From the NCBI RefSeq assembly GCF_018977255.1, contig NW_024704743.1, forward strand, positions 39,434,001 to 39,498,000: 64,000 nt of DNA, read 5' to 3'. The position numbers were made by a program, and so were the translations under genes. The DNA comes from Callorhinchus milii (Eukaryota). The notes under the pieces were generated by a model. That model was not told the DNA's origin and ran no database searches. It saw only the letters and a program-made list of their open reading frames with translations. Positions 1 through 11,830 of the stretch are shown in pieces (within the stretch, counting starts at the first letter, position 1; every line of letters begins with the position of its first letter).

Positions 1-609
1 TAGTGCCTTTACCCATTGGGAAATCACAAATTCAGACTCATGGTTGGGAAGGCAATTGTTAGGTGAGTTCTAGGTTTTAGAAATCACATTCACCACCTAA
101 ATAAATGCTCACACATGCAGAAAATTGCTTGGAGGTTGAAATCATATTTTTCTTACTAGAAGCAGAGTGTGGCATCAAGAGCAATTTGATGCTTTAAAAA
201 AAAATTAACAAAATCTCTAATTTAGCTGGAGGAGCAATGTAATACCTCAGACAGCAGAGGAACTGACACGTGTAGAGCAGAGGGTCCCTCTGCAGTTCAG
301 TCCTGGTAGTTTGGAGATGCTAAAGAGGTGGGAGCCACCTGGTAAATCTCTTCACAAAAGCATATGTCTCTCTTTGTTGAACATTTATATTAAAAAATAC
401 ACGGATGCGAGATTTTAATTTAACGTTGGTGCAGAACAGAATCCATAAGTTATTGATGATTGGATGCAGTAGCTTAATGCCATATTTATATCTGATGACA
501 AATTGGTTTATAAACCCGCTGTGATACAGTGCTCATTAAATACTTTCCTCTCCTCGGGTAGTTCCTGCAAGAAGTGGAATCTGCACTGTACATAATTTTA
601 CATTGAGTT

Positions 610-885
610 GTATGGCATGGAAATAGGCTATTCAACCCAACTAGTCCCTGTCGATGTTTATACTCCCACACTATCCCCCATCCCTTTTGTTTCCTTCTCC
701 TTTAGTCTTCTATTCCATTCTCCCTCATGTATGGATCAATGTTTCTTTTAAGTACATTGTTTATTGCTTCAATACAGCTTTCGTGAGTGAGTTCCATAAT
801 TTCACCACCCTCTACGTGAAGAAGTTCCTCCTAAGATCCCCAATAGATTTACTCCTGGCCAGTTTATATTTATGTCCCAGCTGGT
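610..885 (-). mobile_element. CR1/L3-type LINE 3' fragment, degenerate
   Basis: gagttccataatttcaccaccctctacgtgaagaagttcctcc is the reverse complement of the CR1 ORF2 C-terminal 'FFTxRVVxxWNxL' coding motif, next to a CR1-like 3'UTR. Confidence 0.7.
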
Positions 886-974
886 GAGAAATCGCTTCTC
901 TTTGCTAGATCTGGAGTGTGCTGTCTCTTCCCGCATGAAGGAGGGACGTATCCACATGCTTCCATTTGCTGATG

Positions 975-1145
975 ATAAAATATCTGGGTCCCCAAAATTT
1001 GTATTGGGCTCCTGTAACCACTGAACCGCAAATGGAGCCACTGTTAATCTTCCTGCTGCTTGCCCAGCTAGGATCACTCTACCTTTTAGCATGATGGCAT
1101 GCATGATTATCAGGAGCTCAGTTGGAAGAATTCCATTCTGCAGTG
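975..1145 (-). mobile_element. Fragment of RTEX-like non-LTR family (same family as 47280-48560)
   Basis: cttcctgctgcttgcccagctaggatcac matches about 47575-47610; translation LKGRVILAGQAAG matches LTERVVLAGQTAG and LMGRVVLAGQAVR in the other copies. Confidence 0.55.
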
Positions 1146-1364
1146 GCTAACTTATCTCTCCACGTCCCAATGATGACATAATATACTGCAGACCTGCCTC
1201 GTTCTGAAGAGGTTTGAGACATCCTTCTGATGTGAAAGGCACTATATTAAATGCATGGATTACTTTTATCTAATTGATAGTATAATCGATACTGGTTTGT
1301 GCTAATGTTGAATTCTTGTAGCTTTGCAGAGCTTGAATTTAAGTTCTCCGAAATCTTACACTCC

Positions 1365-1563
1365 CAAAATAATCCCTTCCAATATAATAATAAACACTTG
1401 GTCACTCAATTCATGATTGTTTGTGGGACACTGCTGTGCGCAATTGCCTGCCACATTTCCCCTAGAAGATACACAGTCAATCCACTTTACAATATATCCT
1501 GTGGAGCACTTCGAGACGTCTCAACAACGTGATAAGGCGCTATATCAAATGCAACAATTATTA
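1365..1563 (+). mobile_element. tRNA-SINE, 3' half (5'-truncated)
   Basis: tgtttgtgggacactgctgtgcgcaattg core plus L2-like tail gcacttcgagacgtc...aggcgctatatcaaatgc. Confidence 0.85.
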
Positions 1564-1619
1564 TGATAAAGGCTTTATACAAATGCAAGTTGTTGGTGAC
1601 ACAGCACATCATACTAATT

Positions 1620-1935
1620 TGTGGAGTCCTGTAGCTCAGTGGTTAGAGAACTTGCCTTGCAAGCGAGACACCTGGGTTCGATTCCAGGCAGGGCAAAACT
1701 TTGGGCAAGTTTCCTTACTCCACACGCCTAATAATAATCCCTCCAAAAAACAAAAACAATAATAAATTGGTCATTTTCAATCCACGACTCTTTGTGGGAC
1801 ACTGCTGTGTGCAATTGGCTGCCGCGTTTCGCCCATAAATGTACAGTCAATTCACTTTACAGTCTATTCTGTGAAGCACTTTGAGACGTCTAGAAGACAT
1901 GAAAAGCGTTATATCAAATGCAAGGATTATTATTA
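1620..1935 (+). mobile_element. tRNA(Ala)-derived SINE, full length, short variant
   Basis: Head gtggagtcctgtagctcagtggttagag (A box) and ggttcgattcc (B box), anticodon loop cttgcaa; Deu-like core; L2-like tail ending (TAT)n; many near-identical copies in the window. Confidence 0.93.
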
Positions 1936-1942
1936 ATTAAGA

Positions 1943-2048
1943 AACAAACACAGAGGTCACTGGGAACACTCAGCAGGTCAGGCAGTATCTATGGAGAAAG
2001 GAAAGTGAGTCAATGTTTTGGGTCCACGACACTTCATCAGAACCACAC
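1943..2048 (-). mobile_element. Penelope-like element terminal-repeat fragment with 9-bp TSD
   Basis: Near-identical to the left arm of 20792-20981; flanked by taattaaga at 1934-1942 and 2049-2057; minus strand reads CTGATGAAGTGTCGTGGACCCAAAAC. Confidence 0.65.
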
Positions 2049-2764
2049 TAATTAAGACATCTGTACTCTAGTTAGTGCTGTGAAATTTACTTGCTGTTAA
2101 ATATACCGCAAAAAAGCCAGGGCTATACTCTGCAAAAGTAAGACTCAATTTGTACAATTTATTCAATAGAATCAGTAGTTCAAGCCCCAGTAAATACAGT
2201 AAATACAGTAAAGTAATAAGTTGAGACAAATAACTATTCCAACACTCCCACAAGAAAGGCAAAAAGCTGAGCAAAGCAAATAACTCCCAGTATTTCATCA
2301 TCAGCCAGACATTTCCTTTCACTTATATAAAACAAATCAAAGAAAAACACTGGTATGTGTGCTATTACGTTGGAAAAGGCTGGCATAAATCAACAGAAAT
2401 AACCTCAGAGGTGACATTTACAAATTTCCTTTGCATTCACCTGCACTTAGAATGGGGGTTTATTATTTCCCCAAGAACCAGATGAAGTAAATCACATGAT
2501 TTCTGAAAATAAAATTACAGGACAAGGAAGATTTGATGCGGTACCAATTATACCTGTGATGCTTATTGATTCAGTTTGCAGTTTCAGGGGGAAGTAACTC
2601 AAATACAATGTAGGTATGAATGATATTTTTTCTTAATATTTTGTTTTGTACACTCATGCATTTGTCATCATGAGGACAAACGTTTTAAACATCCTACAAA
2701 CTCCGATGGAAACAAAATCTCGATTGGACTATTTATCACACACTTATTACTCATATTCTTCCCA

Positions 2765-3165
2765 GGATACCTTGGCTCCTAGTACCATATCAGATCAATT
2801 TTAAAATCTTTGTCTTGACTTTAGGGTCATGTTCTCACTCCTCCCTAGTTTTATAACCTACTCCTTAGCCCTATTCTTTTACCTGTAATCGGCTCACTGA
2901 TTCTACTCTATTGTAAACTCCTCGTCATTCTGTCTCACCATTGGTGGCTGTGCCCCTGTACTGTGGAAATCTCTTCTTAAAGCTCATTTTTTATGCTTAA
3001 TCAGTCAAACACTCTCTGCATTTGAAACACTTAAAACCTAGCTGTTTGATAGCACTTTTGGCCACTTCCCTCCTACTCCCCATGTCACGTCCTATTCGAG
3101 CTCCCAACTCTACTCCTAATCTACGAAGTACTTTGGAACATTTCCCGACATGAAATTCGCTGTGG
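2765..3165 (+). mobile_element. L2 LINE 3' fragment, old
   Basis: Degenerate 'RIxFKIL' and 'IGGxA..LWNSL' coding remnants and tail aagtactttggaacatttcccgacatgaaa. Confidence 0.65.
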
Positions 3166-3224
3166 GCCACACCAAGATTATTGCATATAGTCCTGGTCAT
3201 TGTGACATAATGAGGCTTCACAGG

Positions 3225-3660
3225 CCCCAAGGGAGTGCAGAATAGAGCAATGAGGATGATTCACAATATTAAAGGAATGAACAATGAGCAATTAGTCAAG
3301 ATATGTTTCTTCAGTCTTGAAAGGAGGTGTCTCAGACATTATAGAGTTGTACATAATTTTAAATGGAGCTGAGAAAGTAAAAACAGAACATTACTTTGGT
3401 TGCACCAAAATAGCAAAACAAGAAAACACTGGTTTAGAGCTGCAAAGGGCAATTTCAGGACATACAGAAAGAACTATTTATTTACTCAGTGAGTATTTAT
3501 TGACTGGACCAGGTTGCTATGAAGGGAGTTTGCAGCCAGGACATTGAAAACACAATTTGATGCTTTGATGGGAAGATATTAGGTGGGTCTTCTGGAAGGA
3601 TGAGAACAAATAGGTTAAAGAGCCTTCTTCATCTGAACCAATCTTGTGATCTTGTCTTGT
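3225..3660 (+). mobile_element. CR1/L3-type LINE 3' fragment
   Basis: 'VQxRAxRMI', 'FSLERR' and 'KGNFRT' remnants; tail gagccttcttcatctgaaccaatcttgtgatcttgt shared with 23540-23875 and 50190-50486. Confidence 0.8.
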
Positions 3661-3897
3661 TATGTAAGTGTAAATTGTTCTTGTAATTGTTTTTAAAGGT
3701 GTCTCTCATAACAAACCTCTTTAACTGTGCCTTCAGTGAATATTCTTTCATGTCCCTTTTCCATGTTCACAATTATACTTCAAAATGTTCACTCTACATG
3801 AAAGGTATATTAAAAGTACAATTATGGCTTGATATAAATCCAGGAATGGCAATATCTATTTCATTTAGATGAATGACCTCCATTTGGGTGTGAGCAG

Positions 3898-4060
3898 AAG
3901 AACAAGAACAACAACAACTTGCACTTATACAGCGCCCTCCATGAAGGGTAGCGTCTCAGAGCGCTTAATGTGGCGGAGCCTGACTCCAAACCGCGGTTGG
4001 GGGGTGGGAGGAGAGGTGGCCGTAAGCCTGGTTGAAAAATCGAAGAAAGATTTTAAATGA
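3898..4060 (-). mobile_element. L2 LINE 3' tail, subfamily B
   Basis: (AAC)n followed by cagcgccctccatgaagggtagcgtctcagagcgctt, the terminal stem-loop. Confidence 0.8.
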
Positions 4061-4607
4061 ACTTAAATTAATTGAATTGAACTGTTTTCCATGGAGGATA
4101 GGGAAGGGTTGAACAGAGCATTTGTACAGATGAGCAATTGGAAAATATTCAGAACATTTTGCTTGTTTCCCTCTGGGGATAAGAAAGTATTCCAGAAGAA
4201 GTTCTCTCCAGGGAATAGAGTGGGTGGCTGAAGCTCATAATATGGTTAATGTGGGTGACTGTGGAAGGAATGGACTTGATGCACCATAAATAAACTTTTC
4301 TTGCTCCATAGTTCCTTCATTTCTTATCAAGGCTGCAATGTTTATTTCCAGCACATGGTTTACATTGGTGCTGCCCTAATCCTATTCCTGTAGCTGGTTC
4401 GACATTTCAGTGAAATTCTGTGAAAAAGGTTCAAAACTGCTTATCTCAAGATATTAACAATGGAAGAAGTTTGTTTAATCCCAGGACAAGTTATGTAATG
4501 ACTCCTGGTTAGTGTAGCTTAGTGAACAATTAGAAATAGGATTCCATAATTAAAGAAGACTTATTTCTCTAAAGAACCAGCTTCAACTCATGAGAACTCA
4601 GCAAAAT

Positions 4608-4917
4608 GTGGAGTCCTGTAGCTCAGTGGTTGGAGCACTCACCTCTCAAGAGAGAGACCTGAGTTTGATTCCCGACAGGGCAAAACCTTGGGCAAGATTC
4701 CTTACTCCACACGCCTGATAATAATCCCTCAAGAAAAAAAACAATAATCAATTGGTCACTTCAATCCACGACTGTTTGTGGGACACTGCTATGCGCAATT
4801 GGCTGCTGTGTTTCGCCCACAAATATACAGTCGATTCACTTTATGGTATATTCTGTGAAGCGCTTTGAGACGTCTGGAAGACGTGAAAAGCGCGATATCA
4901 AATGCAAGGATTATTAT
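4608..4917 (+). mobile_element. tRNA-derived SINE, full length, short variant
   Basis: Aligns end to end with 1620-1935. Confidence 0.93.
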
Positions 4918-6494
4918 AAAATACTTTCAGAGTGGGAGTTTCTGTAAATCAATGTGATTGAGACATACTTCTAGTTACTGTAAGAAGCCCTACCTTGGAT
5001 TCCTTAATTCACAAATCCTCCTAGCAAATGCTATGTTTTAGATTCCATTATTACCTCTTTGCTATTTCTATTTCTGTTTTCTCTGATGTGAAAAGTTGCT
5101 AATTGTTGAACATGCCATTGAATCTATTATGAAATTTCCCATTTTTCACCCAAACATTCACACTGATACTATACAGAATAACACCAGAATCACCCCATTT
5201 CCTGTATTATGGCCTGACTGAGGGAATGTTAGTGAATTACACTAATTGGCAATTGCTGCTGAATTTGAAGATGGGGGTGGGATATGCTGCAGTATGTTTG
5301 CTTGGAAATAGAATGAGGCTGCCAGAGTTCAATTCTCTGCTGACCCTCAACAGCAATCCCAGAAAGCAGACATATTTCTAGTTTGTTTGTATTGGAGTAG
5401 AAACTCTGGGTTGATGACAAACGGAGATGTTATTTTTCACTGGAACACATAAACAAACGAGGATGGATTTCAGCACTGTTAAAAATATAAACATAACAAA
5501 TGGTCAAGACAAGATGCCAAGTGATATAACTATCTTATGTGTGAACAAAAAATATTTGAAATATCTGTTAACTATTATCTTGCAAAACATGGCATCAGAG
5601 TTGTATGGCTCTATGTACTGGTGAAATTACTCAAAAGTGGTGAAGCTGAGCCATACACCCCAGAATGATCCTAAGTTTAGTTTTCAGTCCGTGTAGTTCC
5701 CGGACAGGAATTAGAATTTCCCCAGAAATATTCTGACGGAGAGGTGAAGTAATGAAACATGTGTGTTTGGACAGGGTTAGAGGTTCCGTGTACTTGCGGA
5801 CTCGTAGGCACTAAATATCCTTAATTTGACACAAACATTTCCAGCTTCATCCAGAAAATGATGTAGAAAATGTTGCCCTGGTACTGTAGAGATGCTCTTC
5901 CAAGGTTTGGGCTGAGGGACATTGTTGGCAAGAGTAGAGGAAATATTTTACTCAGCATCTAACTTTGCATTTCTTGACCTGTGTATGCTAATGTTCACAA
6001 CAGGATAATCATTCTGTTTCCTATTTCTAACCTTCCTTTCTCTAACAGCACCTTGGGACATCTTCCCGATGTGAAAGGTGCTATACAAATGTAATGTGTT
6101 GTTGTAGTTGTTCTTCTTCACCTTTCCAAGCAAAATAATGAGAAAAGGTGAAACTCTACTGATTTGGAGCCCGTTGCTGAAACCAGTATTTCGGGAATAG
6201 TGTAATTCATAATAATAATAAAACAATGATCCTTGCGTTTGATATAGCATCTTATCACACCATCAAGAAGTGTCAAAGCGTTTCTCAGGATTTCCTGTAA
6301 AGTAGTGTGACTGTGTATAATTGTGTAGGTGATTTGCACCCCAAGCAATGTAAACACTGGCAACTTTCAATGCAATGTTATTGTTATTCACTTTCATTAT
6401 TATTCAATTAAAAGCCTTTATCCTCAATATACTCTGAATGATAATATTCAGTTCGGACTATCATATGGAAGCCTGTGGAAATAAATCATTTGAG

Positions 6495-6770
6495 TCTAGG
6501 CTGACATTTTAGTACAATGCTGGGGTAGTGTTAGAGGTGTTAGAGGTGCCATCCTTTGGATGAGACATTAAACCAAGGTCCGGTCAGCCTATTCAGGCAC
6601 CATTGCAAAAGACAAGAGAATTTATCTTGGTGTCCCTGCCAATAAATTCCTCAGATTAAAAAAAAGACATTCACTGACATTGCTGTGTGCAAATTGATTG
6701 GTCACCTATAAATGCGCAGGTCACCTACACTATACAGAAAAATATTCTAGGTGCTATCTCAAATGCAATT
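6495..6770 (+). mobile_element. Older Deu-type SINE, degenerate
   Basis: agaggtgccatcctttggatgagacattaaaccaagg is the Deu-domain signature of AmnSINE1/SacSINE1-type elements. Confidence 0.75.
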
Positions 6771-6930
6771 ATGATTGTAAGCATTATGGCTAAGTTATTA
6801 TTCATGTTTTTTATTATTCAATCAAAGAACCATAATCATTTTAGAAACTGTATAGAAGTCAAGAACAGCTTTATCGTAGTAGGGTTCCTTTGGGAGTAAG
6901 ATATGAAATAAAATGGGGGGACAATTTATA

Positions 6931-7008
6931 CACAGTATTAATCATTGCAGCATGTGGAGCTGAATTTGAGCACAATATTAATCATTGCAGTGCGTGGACA
7001 TGAATTTT
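6931..7008. repeat. About 40-bp tandem duplication
   Basis: cacagtattaatcattgcagcatgtggagctgaattt followed by cacaatattaatcattgcagtgcgtggacatgaattt. Confidence 0.8.
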
Positions 7009-7513
7009 CATGGTGAGCAAAAGAAGAGCAGGCCTCCAAGTGATGCAATTTTTAGAAACTGGATAATGTAAGTTTCCCCTTTGGCTTTCACATCATATTT
7101 GACATCTGCTCACTTTAGTTTATGTCACATTTTGTGCATTGCCAGTGGATAAACCTGCATCCTGTCCGTGCAGATCAAACAGTGATGGACATATTGGCTC
7201 TGCTCCCTTCAGGGACACATCTTGGCTTCCTCTTTATTCAGTGATTACTGTGCAGTGCAGGCTACAATCAATACAAACATAGCCATTGAGCTAGTGGCTT
7301 TGATTACGGACCACTTGTTTGTCACCCATAGGTCAACTTTCCTGTAAAGAAAGGGAGGTTTAGCAAAGCATCTGTTTGATTCTGAATTATTCACTAGCAC
7401 TGCAGCAAGCTGCGTCCAGCATCGGAAGGGTGCATTGCTTATTCTAGGTCAGAGAAATATGCTCGGGAAAATGGGATAATAGTTACTGCATTTCCACTTC
7501 TATATTTGGTCAT

Positions 7514-7526
7514 GTTGCTAGGCAAC
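7514..7526. promoter_or_regulatory. Candidate RFX X-box
   Basis: GTTGCTAGGCAAC, a near-palindromic match to the RFX consensus, in a stretch with no recognisable repeats. Confidence 0.35.
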
Positions 7527-8809
7527 CAAATGCAACCGACTTGCTCCCTCGTCTGCAAGGCATCCTTTCCAAAAAACGTCAGAATGCATCTTGTGCCTTT
7601 CACAAAACTGCCTTGCAAAATTCAGTGAATTATTATCATGGTGATATTTTTCTGCTTATTAATGTAGTCAATCATGGAGTGGGGAGGTGGTAGATTATTT
7701 AACGCTGCTGATGCTTTTGAGGTGTATCACACAATGTGAATTTTTTGTTAGTAAAGTACTATTCTGTACTGTTCGGTAAAAATTGCAAATCTGCCGCTGT
7801 ACGTTTATAATTAATTGTAATGCAATTTTAACTTTAAAGATCATTAACTGTAATAATGAGAATTTGATAAATATTTGATGAGGAACAATATAAAAGGATA
7901 AGGAAAGAGAATGGAGAATTGGGATTTGGGTAGCGTTCAAGCACTGATGCATCCTGATATTCATTTCAGTGATTGCACTTGCAGCGGTAACCAGTATTCA
8001 ATGAAATTAGCTTGTGGATTCATCAAAGATAGCACAAACATAGATACTGTAGGTAAGCTTCTATGTGATGTATGCATATTTATGGAAATGTTCAATTTAG
8101 TGCAATAATATGTGCAAATATTCTTTAAGTAAAATGATCTATGTTGGCAATAACAAAGAAACCAATGCCTGAGTTGTTCTGCCCACAAAATACACAGTCA
8201 CTCCACTTTACAGTATATCCTGTGAAGTGGTTTGAGATGACTCAACATCATGATAAGGCTCTATGCTAATGCAAGAATTATTATTTTGATTATTATAATA
8301 ATTAAAATATTGTTGAAGGCACTAATTTTGCTTAATTTGGAAACATCAGACAACTGCAGAATAGGTGCACATCTTGTGAAAATACAGGCATTGTGTAACT
8401 TTGCCTTACACATCAGCAAAGTTATTGTGGGTGGAAATTGTGTGACTCTTGTCTTTACCACTTTTGTTTTACTGATTTTTTTTCAAGTAAAAGAGAAAAT
8501 ATCCTTCCTGGGGATCAAGCATATCCATTTATTTGTGCCATTGGCAGAAGATGCATCTGATCTAAGCTATTCTGCATGAATCTTCATGCGTCTTGTAAAT
8601 TTGGAAACCTTGACAGGTGAGAGTATTCTCTGGTGGTCTGTGAGTGTACAGAACTAGATGGTGTGAGTTATTGTGGGAATCAGGCATGAGCTAAATTTTC
8701 CAATGATACTGGGGTCCAACAAATGGTTTAAATATAGAAATCTCTAAACTATCAACTAGGAAACCCAGATATGCTGGAAAAGGAACTCTCCCCCACCCCC
8801 CCAAAAAAG

Positions 8810-9056
8810 TGTTCTCAATAGTGACGTCCATGAAGCCAGGTCAGTTACACAATGAACTTCTGCATCGTAGATTATGGCTTTTGACTCTTAACAGAATTGT
8901 GGAGTTTATAGAGTATAAACGGTACAATTCTGTTAACAATTGTTGAAGAAAGTAAAATAAAAAGCTGCAATCATGTAAACACATGGTTGAAAGGCACAAT
9001 TGTGATCTGCAATTAAAATTTATAACCTGGCTTCATAGTCATCGTTATTGAGAACA
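8810..9056. mobile_element. Palindromic MITE-like element
   Basis: 32-bp imperfect TIRs at 8810-8841 and 9025-9056; internal 13-bp perfect arms at 8888-8900 and 8924-8936. Confidence 0.7.
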
Positions 9057-9189
9057 ATGTCATGGAAGTAACATCTCAAGCAAATTTGGGTAATTTTTAT
9101 TCATTTCTCTAGGAATTTCTCTTGGAATTATTGGCCAAAGTCCCGTTACTTACCAATAAGAGATAGATCCTTCTCATTGGATTGCAGCG

Positions 9190-9663
9190 TCAGTTAGACA
9201 TTAAGGATACCATGGTACTATTCAAAAAGAGAAGAGTTTCTCCCATGTCATGTACAACAATCCCATAGATGACTTTTATTAATTTTATTTTTTATTGGTG
9301 AGCGAGATTAGGTCTGCTCACCCACATTAACTGTAATTAGACCAAAACGTTCCACTGTGGAAAATTAGCCATTCACTTAATGGCTGCCTGTGGGATATCG
9401 CTGTGTGCAAATTGGCTACTATGTTCACCTACCAATATAACAATACCAACAAGATTACATTTGTATAGTGCCTTTCACGTCGGGAGGACGTCCCAAGGCG
9501 CTGGACAATGTACAGCATTTCAAACCCGAGCTGGGGGGGAGAAATAATATATAATAATAACTAATATAACCAATATAATAATACCTTAAAAATCCTGTGA
9601 AGCAATTTGAAATGTTTCAATGGCATGATAAGGCAGTGTATCAAATGCAAATATTATTATTAT
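9190..9663 (+). mobile_element. Deu-type SINE interrupted by an L2 tail
   Basis: Deu core ggatatcgctgtgtgcaaattggctactatgttcacc and tail at 9590-9663, split by an antisense L2 tail at about 9448-9545. Confidence 0.75.
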
Positions 9664-10079
9664 GCATTACTTACAAGCTGGCAAATAATTTCATTACTTG
9701 GCTCAAATAGACTTGGCACAGACTACGTGATGAAAGCGATTTCCAGTCCTCTCCATCGATACATTTCACAAGGCTTTGCAACTTCTTGGTAATTCAGATT
9801 AATTGGTCAAGAATTTTATTCCATGCTGTTAATGTTCCTTGTATGAGTAATCTGGCCACTTGGCTTGGTATCATCAGCACTTTTAAAATAACAACTCAAT
9901 AACTACTTTCCTGCAGGATATTTACAAATGTTCTAAACAGCAATAAACAAAAGATGGCTGAAGAAATAGTTAATCGAGGTCAATAATGAAATGGTCCTCA
10001 TGGGTAAAGCTAAACACAAATTCTAGTCATCATCCAGTCTATACCAACTATCTATGCCAAGGAATCAACTAATTCACGG

Positions 10080-10558
10080 CCTTGCTCCCTCCTACCTCTC
10101 TGACCTACTATCCCCCTACCTACCTGCCCGTACCCTCCGTTCCGCTCCACATCCCCCGCCCCAACCGCCCTACCATCGGTGGCCGGGCCTTCAGCCTCTC
10201 AGCCCCTAGGCTCTGGAACTCTATCCCCCAGTTCCTTCGCCTTGCCTTCTCCCTTTCCTCCTTCAAGGCCGGTCTCAAGACCTTTCTCTTTGACCGTGCC
10301 TTCAGCTCCCCTCTCGACTCTCTTCCCCCTCCTCGCTCCCTCCCTTCCCTCCCCTCACCCTGACCATTTCCCCCCTCCTCGCTCCCTCCCTTCCCTCCCC
10401 TCACCCTGACCATTTGCCCCCTCCTCGCTCCCTCCCTTCCCTCCCCTCACCCTGACCATTTCCCCCTTGCTCGGGTCCTGACCCAACTGTACAGCGCCTT
10501 GGGACGTCCTCCCGACGTGAAAGGCGCTCAATAAATGGAATCTTGTTGTTGTTGTTGT
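10080..10558 (+). mobile_element. L2 LINE 3' end, subfamily A, young
   Basis: Translates to TIGGRAFSLSAPRLWNSIP...SFKAGLKTFLF (L2 ORF2 C-terminus); tail stem-loop and (GTT)n. Confidence 0.92.
10325..10465. repeat. About 45-bp pyrimidine-rich unit x3 within the L2 3'UTR
   Basis: cccctcctcgctccctcccttccctcccctcaccctgaccattt repeated three times. Confidence 0.9.
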
Positions 10559-11024
10559 AATTCACTATCTTGCAGTTTACACCAATGAGCTGTATTTTTC
10601 TCTCAATCATCATAATGGGATTTCTGCCAACAATAACAGCAGCAAACTTAGATTGTGCATGTTTCTTGCACGTGGTTCATTGCCTTCAATATTTTGCCTG
10701 CCTATGGCAGATTAATGAGGAGAAATGTTGGCAGTTATTTGTCTGGGGAGTTAAGGGGAGTTTGGAAATGGGGGTGAGGGGGGAGGGAGGAGGAGCTGCT
10801 ATTTTCCTTCAGGACAAACACTTAAAGTTGTATCTCACTGAACACAGCATACAATCTATATTTGAAGAAAACAGACTACTTCTAGGACCGGACAGCAAAG
10901 GAAAACCATGTATTAGAAGAACTAGGAATTTTATAGCACCTTATCACATCACAACGTCTCGGAACACTTCACAGCAAATGTATCAACCATCTGGACTAGC
11001 AAAGCTGTACAAACAGTCATGTGT

Positions 11025-11830
11025 TTTGGTCAGCCTGGTGTTTGACACACAATAATAATAATAAATCCACATGTGGAAATCCATTATCACTCTTAGAGTA
11101 TCCAAACTAAACTGGGAATTGCATGCATCCTATCCGGACATAGAAATTCCAGAGATAGATTGTTGGAATGGAATGTGCACTCTCTCCCTGGTGGGGAGGG
11201 ACAACCATAGCAACAAATTACATTGGAATAGCGCCTTTAATGTTGGGTGGAAGTCTCACTTTGCTGGACAGTCAGGGAGTTGGACCCGAGCTGGGGGTTG
11301 GGATCAGGAGGAGTGGAAGGCAGGGAGGGTAGGGGGTAGGAAGATGACCGAAGGTGTGGTCAAAAAGGAGGGTCTTGAAACCGTATTGAAGGAGGCAAGG
11401 GAGGGAACGAGGTGAAGGGAATGTGGGATGGAGTTCCAAGGGGTAGGGGCAGAGGGTCTGGAGGGCTGACTGCAATGGTAGGACGGGCCAGGCGGGGAAC
11501 ATGAAGCTGGCCAACTGAGCAGAGGGATCGGAAAGGTCTATCTGGGGTTAGCAGGGACATATCTTTCTTACCTGATCCCGGAAAATATTAGGCAGAGGTT
11601 GGCAAGAGCCAAGGCTTGAATACCCTAGTGTGCGTTGAGTTACTGTTGGAGTTTGGCTGAAATTATAGCTTGCCATTGATAGTACCTGCTGCTTGTCCAA
11701 CTAAGACAACCCTACCCATCAGGGCTTTGGCTTGCAGGGTTAACAGGAGCTGAGCATGAGGATTCCCTGCCCCCAGTTACAAGGCCTACTGTTGAGCCTT
11801 AATATTGTCACAAAAACAGCCATGAAGTGA
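11025..11830 (-). mobile_element. RTEX-like non-LTR 3' fragment split by an L2 insertion
   Basis: 11025-11195 and 11565-11830 are colinear with 47280-47720. Confidence 0.7.
11200..11560 (-). mobile_element. L2 LINE 3' end
   Basis: Minus-strand 'GFKTLLFDHTF' and L2 tail. Confidence 0.85.

Noticed and set aside
225..340. Possible AG..GT-bounded exon (WRSNVIPQTAEELTRVEQRVPL..)
   Set aside because: Weak polypyrimidine tract, no recognisable homology, no partner exons
1620..1695. tRNA-Ala gene (A and B boxes, TGC/CGC anticodon loop)
   Set aside because: No proper acceptor stem or T-run terminator; it continues into a SINE body and recurs about 10 times with random mutations
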